Assembly (NCBI GenBank): GCA_002025865.1
Contig: MWOR01000207.1
Location: 6,106-70,105, forward strand
From: Prochlorococcus sp. HOT208_60m_813I02
GTDB taxonomy: Bacteria > Cyanobacteriota > Cyanobacteriia > PCC-6307 > Cyanobiaceae
Length of the DNA stretch: 64,000 nt
Reading direction: 5' to 3'
Position numbers and translations under genes: made by a program. Position 1 is the first letter of the stretch; each line of letters opens with the position of its first letter. Shown here one piece after another: positions 40,555 through 49,295 of the stretch. The notes under the pieces are model-generated. The model was not told the origin of the DNA. It did no database searches and saw only the letters and a program-made list of their open reading frames with translations.

Positions 40555-41292
40555 TTAATTATCTAATAATTCAAATAATCTACTTATTAGAAGCTTTCTT
40601 TTTAAAAAAGTTTTATCAATATATTTTTTATTCTCTTCTTTTAAAATTTCCTGACCATTTAAGCCTAATCCTTTAAGGACAAACTCTTTATCTTCTTTAA
40701 TCCAGTTATTTATCATTCTCCCCGTTGTCTCTATATGGAATTGTAATCCGTAAGCAAAATTACCAATCCTAAAAAACTGTTCCTTACAACGCGCACTACT
40801 TGCAATGAGTACTGCTTTATCAGGTAATAAAATCCTATCTCCATGCCAATGCAGTACATGAAAAGGGTCTTGAAACAGTACTTTGAAGTCTTTAAACGAT
40901 TTATCTATAAAAATCTGAGACCATCCAATTTCTGGTAATGCTTTTGGAGGTGATCCAAATTTAAGAATTTCTACATCTCCTCCAGCCGCACTCGCAAGCA
41001 ACTGAGCACCTAAGCAAACACCGATTATAGGTCTCTCATTTTCTAATTCTTTTTTTATAAAATCTCTTTCTAACTTAAGCCATGGATATCTTTCGCTTCC
41101 AATATCTTTAACTCCCATTGGTCCACCCATAATTAAAATTAAGTCACCTTTTTTTGTTTGCGGCAGAGCATTTTTGTTATCTAAACGAATAATTTCTATT
41201 TTTAAATCTCTTTCTTTAGCAAATTGTTCAAAGAGACCTGGCCCCTCTATTTCTAAATGCTGAAGAACTAATAAGCGTCTTATTTCCTTCAT
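40555..41292 (-). CDS. Type 1 glutamine amidotransferase (GMP-synthase-like domain)
   Basis: MGGPM, GVCLGAQ catalytic Cys, HWHGD, QFHIE. Confidence 0.9.
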   Translation of the reverse strand: MKEIRRLLVLQHLEIEGPGLFEQFAKERDLKIEIIRLDNKNALPQTKKGDLILIMGGPMGVKDIGSERYPWLKLERDFIKKELENERPIIGVCLGAQLLASAAGGDVEILKFGSPPKALPEIGWSQIFIDKSFKDFKVLFQDPFHVLHWHGDRILLPDKAVLIASSARCKEQFFRIGNFAYGLQFHIETTGRMINNWIKEDKEFVLKGLGLNGQEILKEENKKYIDKTFLKRKLLISRLFELLDN

Positions 41293-41618
41293 TCACTTTC
41301 CATTATTTCAGCTGATTCAGAACAGACATTAACGCTAAACCACTTCATTGCCGACCATGTATCTTCTTGGTATGTGCCTGCTGCAATACTTACAAAACAA
41401 TCATTTTCATACCAACTTCGATAACTGGGAGTTACTCCCGTTCCTTTTAAACTATTTTCTAAGCCTTTTCCATATTTTTTAATAACAAGATTTAAAGCTT
41501 CATTCTCAATTTCTCTTTGCTTCTCATCAGCAAAACCTCCTAGTGGAACAAAAAAAAGAATTGATGCAATAAGTAAAAGTATCATTGAGTCTTTTTGTTT
41601 ATATGTAGTTAATTTCAT
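41289..41618 (-). CDS. Secreted hypothetical protein
   Basis: Signal-peptide-like N-terminus and two Cys; overlaps both neighbours (operon). Confidence 0.7.
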   Translation of the reverse strand: MKLTTYKQKDSMILLLIASILFFVPLGGFADEKQREIENEALNLVIKKYGKGLENSLKGTGVTPSYRSWYENDCFVSIAAGTYQEDTWSAMKWFSVNVCSESAEIMESE

Positions 41619-41889
41619 ATCGATTAATTAATTTTTTAAAATCATTAACTCTATTTTGTCCATTCTTTAATGGCCTTGAGGAGTCAAGAACGGCTGCACA
41701 ACATAATTGCCAACAAGAATTTTCATCTAGTCCTAATTTCTTACATATATTTTTTGGGGCTTTGATAACAGTATTTATTTCTGCGATATGTTGAGTAGTT
41801 TCCCATAATTCTCCTTCTAGAAAGTCAATTTCAATACTTGATAATAATTCTGTAGCAACGTAATCCTTAATTAGCTCAGTTAATTCCAC
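41599..41889 (-). CDS. Hypothetical protein
   Basis: GTG ORF; AP..IC..L.L.....W..C.A motif shared with 58278-58577. Confidence 0.7.
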   Translation of the reverse strand: MELTELIKDYVATELLSSIEIDFLEGELWETTQHIAEINTVIKAPKNICKKLGLDENSCWQLCCAAVLDSSRPLKNGQNRVNDFKKLINRYEINYI

Positions 41890-41945
41890 GATATTTAATT
41901 AAATCAGAGAAGTTAAATCATCTCTTAGTATTTGTATAGCAAGAT

Positions 41946-42260
41946 AAAAAAAAAGGAGCTAGTTTCTACCTCATCTTGAATCTCCTATCGAGATAAAGAG
42001 ACTACATCATTTCGTATTGATCAAGTTTGGTTTTTAATTTTGTTGCTTGTTTAATCAATGACAAAGCTTCTTTTCTGCCAGTTGAATTATTAGCCTGGAC
42101 TATAAGATCTGCGTATTTCTTTGCGATTTTTTTTTGCATAATTTAAAATATTTAAATACCGTTTTTGAATCTTGCAACTAGCGAGTCGCAACCAGAAGTA
42201 GATAAGGAGTCAACGGTAAAAACCTCAGAGTCAACAAAATTGGAACGGGTTAACTCATGT
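41946..42260 (-). ncRNA. Structured, probably dual-function RNA carrying the 45-aa ORF
   Basis: Three helices in the 5' leader, two with G-U pairs only on the minus strand (42256-49/42235-28, 42218-12/42163-57, 42191-84/42179-72); NtcA box and -10 upstream; U tract at about 41946-41954. Confidence 0.55.
42002..42139 (-). CDS. 45-aa basic helical peptide, not in the ORF track
   Basis: MQKKIAKKYADLIVQANNSTGRKEALSLIKQATKLKTKLDQYEMM*; clear paralog at 60196-60330. Confidence 0.75.
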   Translation of the reverse strand: MQKKIAKKYADLIVQANNSTGRKEALSLIKQATKLKTKLDQYEMM

Positions 42261-42295
42261 TTTTAATTTATAACCAATTAATAAAAAAGCTGTTG

Positions 42296-42309
42296 GTATC
42301 TACGATTAC
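42296..42309 (-). promoter_or_regulatory. NtcA box, activator geometry
   Basis: GTA-TCTACGAT-TAC; 23 nt from a minus-strand TATAAA(T) -10 at 42272-42267. Confidence 0.65.
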
Positions 42310-42388
42310 ATTGTTTTCAAACCCTGATTTAATTTATAGTTATCCATGAATTGGATTGAAATTTTTCAATTATCTTTTTAATTCAATT

Positions 42389-42422
42389 AAAAAAAAAGGG
42401 GGTTAAAAACCCCCTTTTTTTT
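42389..42422. terminator. Rho-independent terminator of the riboswitch-controlled gene
   Basis: A9-GGGGGTT-loop-AACCCCC-T8. Confidence 0.85.
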
Positions 42423-42440
42423 ATTAAAAGACCTAATTTA

Positions 42441-42770
42441 CTAATTACCTAAACCTAGAGGAGCCCAAAGAGTTGCTTCAGAACCTATAACAGGGACAAC
42501 TCCTGTAGTTTTTGCATTAGAAACTTTATTTTTAACAATAGGAGTATCTTGTTCTCCTAAAGCTGCCCATAAAGTTGATTGATGAGCGATAACTGGTTGA
42601 ACTTTTAATGGTTGAGATTGAAAAGAGGGCTTTTGGGTTCTTACAAGTTGGACTCCAAGAGAACCAAAAATAAATGCCCCAAGAAAACCTGCAAATACAG
42701 CAGTAATATTGTTACTACTTACTGAGGTAGATACGTTATTAGACATAATAGTTATGTGACTAAATTTCAT
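42441..42770 (-). CDS. Uncharacterised single-TM protein with duplicated PVI-x4-TLWA-x-LG motif, downstream of a glutamine riboswitch
   Basis: TM segment FAGFLGAFIFGSLGVQLV; repeats PVIAHQSTLWAALG and PVIGSEATLWAPLG; alternative start at 42746. Confidence 0.8.
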   Translation of the reverse strand: MKFSHITIMSNNVSTSVSSNNITAVFAGFLGAFIFGSLGVQLVRTQKPSFQSQPLKVQPVIAHQSTLWAALGEQDTPIVKNKVSNAKTTGVVPVIGSEATLWAPLGLGN

Positions 42771-42774
42771 TTTT

Positions 42775-42833
42775 GACTGAAGTCCCCGTTCCTTGGCTTC
42801 AATCTTAATGCGGCTCGTAAAACGAGATGAACG
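42775..42833 (-). ncRNA. Glutamine-II (Downstream-peptide) riboswitch
   Basis: P1 CGUUC/GAACG, P2 CUCGU/ACGAG, CGCA linker, 8-bp pseudoknot GAUUGAAG/CUUCAGUC. Confidence 0.85.
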
Positions 42834-42837
42834 TTTA

Positions 42838-42864
42838 TGTAGTCTACGCTACATTTTAACTATA
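42838..42864 (-). promoter_or_regulatory. NtcA box overlapping the predicted TSS (repressor geometry) plus TATAGT -10
   Basis: TGTA-GTCTACGC-TACA at 42838-42853; minus-strand TATAGT at 42864-42859. Confidence 0.7.
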
Positions 42865-42931
42865 AGTTTAATTTAATTTACAAGATGTTAATGGCAATAC
42901 AAAAACTTATTAAAAAATAAGAAATTAAATT

Positions 42932-43072
42932 TTAAAGTGAAGAAAATATATTTGAATTTTTTTGAGTAAAAAATAATTGATTATTTTCATAATTGTTTGC
43001 AGAGTAACTTTCAGAAACAACAGTTCCATGAGTTACCCCAAAAATAAAACCAAGTAAGATCGCTAAACGCAT
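42932..43072 (-). CDS. Possible 46-aa secreted microprotein
   Basis: MRLAILLGFIFGVTHGTVVSESYSANNYENNQLFFTQKNSNIFSSL*, translated by hand. Confidence 0.3.
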   Translation of the reverse strand: MRLAILLGFIFGVTHGTVVSESYSANNYENNQLFFTQKNSNIFSSL

Positions 43073-43147
43073 CCAAGAATATAAATTTGAAGTTAATTTC
43101 CCTCGAATTAAGAATACATGATGTTGTTATTTATACTAAATAATTTT

Positions 43148-44209
43148 TTATCCCCCAAGATATGACATTGATGGATGAATTTTTTGATTTTTGTCAGTTG
43201 ATTTCTCTAATACTTTAAATCGATCTTCACTATAGTTATCTTCTCTAGCTTCCCAAATGCTTTTGATTTTATTTTCCAATTCATGGAGATTAATTGGTAG
43301 AGACAACCATGGGTTTAGGTTTATACCTGCATTAGAAAAAAGACATGTATAAGCATAACCATCACTAGTTATCCTCAATCTATTACAATCTGAACAAAAA
43401 GGGTTACTTATAGAAGAGATTGTACTTACAAAACTATTTGAATCACTCATGTACCATCTATTAGCAGTTTGTCCCTCCTTTCTTCCGTAGTCTTTTAATC
43501 GATATTTCTTCTTTAGTAGCTTAATAATTCTCTCAGAGAAAAAAACATCTGATGGCCGCCAATTATTAGATATCCCTACGTCCATATATTCAATGAAACG
43601 AATTTCTATAGACCTTTTTTTTGCAAAATCAACTAATTCAAAAATTTGATTATCATTAATATCTTTTTTTATAACTGCATTTATTTTTAATTTTCCCGCC
43701 TTTGGATTAAATCCAGCATTAATTGCATGATCTATTCCTTCAAGGACAGTAAATAATTTTTCTTTGCCAATAATTTTATTTCCCTCTCCAATCATGTTTG
43801 AAAAAATATCAGGATCAATCGCATCTAAACTTACTGTTATGCGGTCTAAACCATTTTTAAAAAGCTCATTAGCTTTTTTCTTAGAGAGCAAATATCCATT
43901 TGTGGTTAGAGAAATATCCTGTAAATTAGCTACTGGATTTGATTCTTCTAATCTTTGCGATTTAATTTCATAAAGAAGTTCATCTAATTGTGAACTCAAT
44001 AAAGGTTCTCCTCCAGTGATTCTTAAAGAATTTACCCCTAATCGACAACTGACTAAAATTAACTTTTTAAATTGTTCAATATTTAAAACATCCAAACTGT
44101 AGTTCTCAGGCTTACAGTAAATACATGAAAAATTGCAATTTTGTTTAAGAGATAACCTTAAAACTTTTAACTTTCTTTTTCTATTATCCTCTAATTGCTT
44201 AAATTCCAT
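43148..44209 (-). CDS. moaA: GTP 3',8-cyclase (radical SAM)
   Basis: CNFSCIYC, RITGGEP, RFIEYM, FCSDCNRLR..CL, SMSYLGG. Confidence 0.96.
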   Translation of the reverse strand: MEFKQLEDNRKRKLKVLRLSLKQNCNFSCIYCKPENYSLDVLNIEQFKKLILVSCRLGVNSLRITGGEPLLSSQLDELLYEIKSQRLEESNPVANLQDISLTTNGYLLSKKKANELFKNGLDRITVSLDAIDPDIFSNMIGEGNKIIGKEKLFTVLEGIDHAINAGFNPKAGKLKINAVIKKDINDNQIFELVDFAKKRSIEIRFIEYMDVGISNNWRPSDVFFSERIIKLLKKKYRLKDYGRKEGQTANRWYMSDSNSFVSTISSISNPFCSDCNRLRITSDGYAYTCLFSNAGINLNPWLSLPINLHELENKIKSIWEAREDNYSEDRFKVLEKSTDKNQKIHPSMSYLGG

Positions 44210-44804
44210 TATTCATATTTAAGAATTCTCTCTTGGAATTTATATTAAGTAAATCTCCATTTTTTGCATAGAAATATTTATGGGGAATTTGATCAACCCA
44301 TCCGAGAAAATTTTTCTTCCTAGAGGATAACTTTTTTTTTAATTTAAAATGATTTTCTTCATTGATGGGATAAATTCCGAATAATGGTTGTGCAAAAATT
44401 CCATCATGGGATATTACCGCAAAATTTTGATTTTCTTCCCATGATTTAAAAAGTGAATAAATTAATTTTGTATTCAAATTAGGCATATCAACTGGGATGA
44501 TTAGTATATTTTTAGTAGTTTTTTTAAAAGATGAAAAAATTTGTTCTATACAAGTTAAGGGTCCATCAAAGGGTTGGGCATCTGAAATAAACTTAACATT
44601 ATTCCTTTTATCAACTTCCTTTAAATGATAAGTATAATTTGTTACTACAAAAGTCTCTAAATTAAGATGATTTAATATTTTTATTTTGTGAGTCAGCCAA
44701 TTCCCTCCTTCATGATGTTTAATTAGTGCTTTATCAGATCCCATCCTTGAACTCTTGCCACCAGCCAAAATGAATGCTTTAAATTTTTTAAGTTTTATTT
44801 CCAT
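44199..44804 (-). CDS. mobA: Molybdenum cofactor guanylyltransferase
   Basis: ILAGGKSSRMGSDKA, GPL, PVDMP, NIN. Confidence 0.93.
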   Translation of the reverse strand: MEIKLKKFKAFILAGGKSSRMGSDKALIKHHEGGNWLTHKIKILNHLNLETFVVTNYTYHLKEVDKRNNVKFISDAQPFDGPLTCIEQIFSSFKKTTKNILIIPVDMPNLNTKLIYSLFKSWEENQNFAVISHDGIFAQPLFGIYPINEENHFKLKKKLSSRKKNFLGWVDQIPHKYFYAKNGDLLNINSKREFLNMNNGI

Positions 44805-44837
44805 AACTTAGGTAATATTTTTCCACGAGTATTTTAT

Positions 44838-44851
44838 GTATCGGATAATAC
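44838..44851. promoter_or_regulatory. NtcA box on the mobA-moaA side
   Basis: GTA-TCGGATAA-TAC, perfect match. Confidence 0.7.
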
Positions 44852-44952
44852 CAATAATCAAATTACTAATTTTCCCCAATTTTTGATTTTATTAGTGTTG
44901 ACTATTAATTCTAGTCTTTTAAAAAAGTTGCATTTCTTAATAACCAGATTTC

Positions 44953-44995
44953 GTATTAAATAATACAAATGAATGCATTGATCGAAATATAAATT
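44953..44995 (+). promoter_or_regulatory. NtcA-activated promoter of napA-narB
   Basis: GTA-TTAAATAA-TAC at 44953-44966, then TATAAA/TAAATT -10 at 21-23 nt spacing. Confidence 0.75.
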
Positions 44996-45023
44996 GCTTA
45001 AAAATAATATCGAAAAAATTTTC

Positions 45024-46577
45024 ATGTTAAGTGACGTTTGGTCTTTAAATGGCAGATATAGAACTCTCCACCTCACCTGGTTTGCCTTTTTCCTTACTTT
45101 TGTTGTTTGGTTTAATCTCGCACCTCTTGCAACTACTGTTAAAGCCGATTTAGGTTTATCTGTTGCTCAAATTAGAACGGTAGCAATATGTAATGTTGCT
45201 TTGACTATCCCTGCAAGAGTTTTGATTGGAATGTTATTGGATAAATTTGGCCCAAGAAAAACTTACTCAACAATTTTGATATTTTCTGTCGTGCCTTGTT
45301 TATTATTTGCTAGTGCTCAAGACTTCAATCAACTTGTTATTGCGAGATTGCTTTTATCAATAGTGGGAGCAGGTTTTGTTATCGGAATAAGAATGGTATC
45401 TGAGTGGTTCCCTCCGAAAGAAATTGGTTTGGCTGAGGGAATATATGGAGGATGGGGAAATTTTGGATCTGCTTTTTCTGCTCTTTCTCTTGTTGCAGTA
45501 GCTGGATTCTTGTCTTTTTCAGGAGGTTTTGAGTTGCCTACTGGAGCTGTACTTAATTGGAGGGGAGCTATTGCTCTTACAGGAATTATTTCTTTTGTTT
45601 ATGGAATTATTTATTTCTTTAGTGTGACTGATACGCCTCCCGGAAAACCTTATCAAAGACCTTCAAAAACAGCTGGTTTAGAAGTAACGAGTATAAAGGA
45701 TTTCTGGGGTTTAATTGGAATGAATATCCCATTCGCAGCAATTCTTTCAGTCCTATGTTGGAGACTTCAAAAAGTAGGTTTCCTTACTTCATCTACTTAT
45801 CCAATAGCCTTAATCGCAGTTTTAGCGTGGTTTATTTTCCAAACTTGGGGAATTATAAGAACGAATATTGAATTATTAAATGGAACTAAAATTTACCCTA
45901 AAGAAGATAGATATGAATTTAAACAAGTAGCTATCTTGGAATTAACTTATATTGTAAATTTTGGATCAGAATTGGCAGTAGTTTCAATGCTTCCTAGTTT
46001 CTTTGAATTTACATTTGATTTACCTAAAGCTGTAGCCGGAATACTTGCATCATGTTATGCATTTGTGAATTTAATAGCTAGACCTGCCGGAGGATTGATA
46101 TCTGACAGAACAGGCAATAGAAAAAACACAATGGGATTTCTAACTATGGGATTAGGGTTTGGATATCTATTGATGTCTTTAATAAAACCTGGAACTTTTA
46201 CAGGATCAGCAGGAATTCTTATGGCTGTATTTTTAACTATGCTTTGTTCATTTTTTGTTCAATCAGGAGAAGGTTCAACTTTTGCTTTAGTTCCCTTAGT
46301 TAAAAAAAGAGTAACAGGACAAATAGCTGGATTGGTTGGGGCTTATGGAAATGTTGGTGCGGTAACTTATCTAAATATTTATAGCCTTTTACCTTTATGG
46401 ATGGGTGGAGGTAAAGATCCTTCTCCAGAAATAATTGCTGCTTCAAATAGTGCCTTCTTCCAAGTTTTAGGTATAGCAGGATTAATAGTTGGATTCTTCT
46501 GTTATTTCTTTTTAAAGGAACCTCAGGGATCATTCGCGGATGCTTATGAAGGCGAAAAAGCTGAAAATTACGTTTAA
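45024..46577 (+). CDS. napA: Nitrate/nitrite MFS transporter (NarK/NrtP family)
   Basis: LHLTWFAFF, nitrate signature GGWGNFG, NFGSELA, ARPAGG..SD, GAYGNVG; ATG at 45024. Confidence 0.93.
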   Translation: MLSDVWSLNGRYRTLHLTWFAFFLTFVVWFNLAPLATTVKADLGLSVAQIRTVAICNVALTIPARVLIGMLLDKFGPRKTYSTILIFSVVPCLLFASAQDFNQLVIARLLLSIVGAGFVIGIRMVSEWFPPKEIGLAEGIYGGWGNFGSAFSALSLVAVAGFLSFSGGFELPTGAVLNWRGAIALTGIISFVYGIIYFFSVTDTPPGKPYQRPSKTAGLEVTSIKDFWGLIGMNIPFAAILSVLCWRLQKVGFLTSSTYPIALIAVLAWFIFQTWGIIRTNIELLNGTKIYPKEDRYEFKQVAILELTYIVNFGSELAVVSMLPSFFEFTFDLPKAVAGILASCYAFVNLIARPAGGLISDRTGNRKNTMGFLTMGLGFGYLLMSLIKPGTFTGSAGILMAVFLTMLCSFFVQSGEGSTFALVPLVKKRVTGQIAGLVGAYGNVGAVTYLNIYSLLPLWMGGGKDPSPEIIAASNSAFFQVLGIAGLIVGFFCYFFLKEPQGSFADAYEGEKAENYV

Positions 46578-46612
46578 CCAATAACTATTTAGATATTTAT
46601 AAAATAAATTTT

Positions 46613-48724
46613 ATGAATTTTACTAAAAGTCAATGCCCATATTGCGGTGTTGGCTGTGGTTTAAAAATGAAGCCTAAAAGTTCGGTTTCCGATCATAAAT
46701 GGTTAGTAAGTGGAGATAGGGATAGTCCTTCAACTCAAGGTAAATTATGCGTAAAAGGAGCAACAGTATGTGAGACTCTAAAAGATGGGAGATTAAAAGA
46801 ACCACTTTATAGGGAAAATTTAAATGAAGAATTTAAAGAAATTTCCTGGGACGAATCATACGAAATTCTGAAAGAGAATATTTTGAGTTCTATAAAAAAT
46901 TATGGACCTGATTCAATAGCTATGTATGGCTCAGGTCAATTTCATACTGAAGATTATTACGTAGCCCAAAAGCTTCTCAAGGGAGCAATAGGCACAAATA
47001 ATTTTGATGCTAATTCAAGACTATGTATGAGCTCAGCAGTAGCTGGCTATAACAGAAGTTTTGGCTCTGACGGTCCACCTTGTTGTTATGAAGATATTGA
47101 TCATTGTTCCTTAATTTTATTAATAGGGACAAATACTGCAGAATGTCATCCTGTTCTTTTTGATCGAATTAAAAAACGTAAAAGAAACGTAAATGATAAT
47201 TTAAAAGTTATAGTAATCGATCCAAGAGAAACTGAAACTTCCTCCATAGCAGATTTTTACTTACAAATTTCTTCTGGAACAGATCTTTTTTTATTTATTG
47301 GGATTGCGAATTATCTTTATAAGAATCAATTGACTGATCAATGTTTCATTGATAAGTCGACCGAAAGCTATTTTCATTTTGTAAAACATTTACAAAAATG
47401 GGATTTAAAAAAAATAAGTGAAATTTGCAATATACCCGAGAAAACAATTATTGATATTGCAAAATTATGGGGAGAAAGCAAAAATGTTCTAAGTCTCTGG
47501 TCGATGGGTTTGAATCAAAGGCAAGAGGGTACGGCAGCAGTAAATGGGCTAATAAATATTCATCTAATGACAGGCCAAATAGGCAAAGAAGGTTCTGGTC
47601 CTTTTTCCTTAACTGGCCAACCAAACGCTATGGGGGGAAGAGAAGCTGGTGGACTATCGCACCTTCTTCCAGGATATAGGTTTGTAAAAAATAAAATAGA
47701 TAGGAATGAAATTGAAAAAATATGGGGTTTCCCTGAGGGAAAGATATCTGCAAAACAAGGTCTATCTGCATTTGAACAAATAGAAGCTATAAAAAAAGGA
47801 TCTGTGAAAATTTGGTGGATTGCAGCTACCAACCCTTTGGTTAGCATGCCTAATTTAAACTTTGTAAAAAAAGCACTTTCAAAATGTCCTTTAATTATCC
47901 TCAACGAATCTTATGAACAAAGTGAATCAATTAAATATGCTCATCTAGTATTGCCCGCGGCTCAATGGAGCGAAAAAGATGGTGTTATGACAAATTCAGA
48001 AAGAAGAGTAACCCTTTGCCCATCTTTCAGAGAATCGAATAAAAATTCAAAACCAGATTGGCAAATATTTGCTGAATTAGGACAGAAGATAGGCTATTTC
48101 AAACAATTTGAATATGAATCTTCATCGGAAGTTTATGATGAATTTTTAAAAACGACTACAAAAAGATTATGCGATATGAGCGGATTATCATATCAATTAT
48201 TAAAAAATCATGGTCCTCAACAATGGCCTTATCCTAAAGGCAGCGTACCTACTACATCTTCAAAAAGATTATATGAAGATGGTTATTTCCCAACTGAAAC
48301 TGGCAAAGCAAATTTTTGTATTGATGATCCTATAGGGTTGGCTGAACCCCCTTCAGAAGAGTATCCACTAATTTTGACAATTGGAAGATATCTAAGTCAA
48401 TGGCATACAATGACAAGAACTTCTAAAGTTCAAAAACTTACAAAAAAGAATCCAGAACCGTTATTAGAAATTAATTCTAAAGATGCTTTATCTTTGAAAA
48501 TCAAAAATGATGAAATAGTAAAAATTAAATCCAAAAGAGGGGAAGTTCAAGCAAAAGTTCAGATTACTGACAAAATTAAAGCAGGTACAGTTTTTTTACC
48601 AATGCATTGGGGTTTTAGTCAAAAAAATATGTGTGAAGTAAACTCTTTGATGCATGAAAAGTCATGCCCGATATCAAAACAACCGGAATTAAAAGCATGC
48701 TCAGTAATAATTGTTCCAATCTAG
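46613..48724 (+). CDS. narB: Ferredoxin-dependent assimilatory nitrate reductase
   Basis: CPYCGVGC, LCVKG, YGSGQ, DANSRLCMSSA, LTGQPNAMGGRE, PMHWG. Confidence 0.96.
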   Translation: MNFTKSQCPYCGVGCGLKMKPKSSVSDHKWLVSGDRDSPSTQGKLCVKGATVCETLKDGRLKEPLYRENLNEEFKEISWDESYEILKENILSSIKNYGPDSIAMYGSGQFHTEDYYVAQKLLKGAIGTNNFDANSRLCMSSAVAGYNRSFGSDGPPCCYEDIDHCSLILLIGTNTAECHPVLFDRIKKRKRNVNDNLKVIVIDPRETETSSIADFYLQISSGTDLFLFIGIANYLYKNQLTDQCFIDKSTESYFHFVKHLQKWDLKKISEICNIPEKTIIDIAKLWGESKNVLSLWSMGLNQRQEGTAAVNGLINIHLMTGQIGKEGSGPFSLTGQPNAMGGREAGGLSHLLPGYRFVKNKIDRNEIEKIWGFPEGKISAKQGLSAFEQIEAIKKGSVKIWWIAATNPLVSMPNLNFVKKALSKCPLIILNESYEQSESIKYAHLVLPAAQWSEKDGVMTNSERRVTLCPSFRESNKNSKPDWQIFAELGQKIGYFKQFEYESSSEVYDEFLKTTTKRLCDMSGLSYQLLKNHGPQQWPYPKGSVPTTSSKRLYEDGYFPTETGKANFCIDDPIGLAEPPSEEYPLILTIGRYLSQWHTMTRTSKVQKLTKKNPEPLLEINSKDALSLKIKNDEIVKIKSKRGEVQAKVQITDKIKAGTVFLPMHWGFSQKNMCEVNSLMHEKSCPISKQPELKACSVIIVPI

Positions 48725-48733
48725 GCAATAATC

Positions 48734-49234
48734 TTATTTCAGAATCTCATCAAATGCTCTATCTAAATTTTTGTGTTCATGACTAGGCCTAACTAATTTG
48801 CAAAAAGCAAATCTATCTAATTCGTTTAAATTTCTCCATTTTTCAACTGAAATATTAATTCCCCTTGAAAGTGCCGATTTTACAACTTGTTCAGGAACTT
48901 TATTTTTATTTTGCCAAGGTTGATTAATTGAAATTTCTATTTCTTTTGCTTCTCCATATTTTGAATTGGATGTAATTTCTTTTAAAAAAATTTTTAAATC
49001 AATGAGATCGTTTTTTGAATCTGGCCAATCTACTATCTTATTTTTTTCTATTAAATTAAAATCTTGCCAATGAGTAAGTTTTAATTTGATTCCAATTAAA
49101 TCAAGTTTCCTTCTTACACACAAAGGAATGCATCTTAAGTCTTTAATAAAATCATCCTCGAAATTAAAATAATGATTTGATTGACTGTTAACCAAAATTA
49201 GATTGATATTTATTAATAAATTAATGCTAAGCAT
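48734..49234 (-). CDS. narM: Nitrate reductase-associated maturation protein
   Basis: F.FE.DF...LRCIPLCVRRKLD..GIKLKL.HW and RFAFCKL.RPSHEH; true start probably near 49198. Confidence 0.85.
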   Translation of the reverse strand: MLSINLLININLILVNSQSNHYFNFEDDFIKDLRCIPLCVRRKLDLIGIKLKLTHWQDFNLIEKNKIVDWPDSKNDLIDLKIFLKEITSNSKYGEAKEIEISINQPWQNKNKVPEQVVKSALSRGINISVEKWRNLNELDRFAFCKLVRPSHEHKNLDRAFDEILK

Positions 49235-49295
49235 AAAAAATTGATATTAGCTTTATTAAAAATTTTATTTTTTGTATTATTGAATAAATTGCTAA

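Noticed and set aside
42157-42350. Plus-strand reading of the 42.2-kb element as a third glutamine riboswitch (CGTTT...GGAACGGG) followed by a 30-aa ORF
   Set aside because: Two helices have A-C mismatches on the plus strand that are G-U pairs on the minus strand, and the CGUUCA/CGCA consensus is missing. The promoter and the paralog-supported ORF are on the minus strand. An antisense transcript is not excluded.
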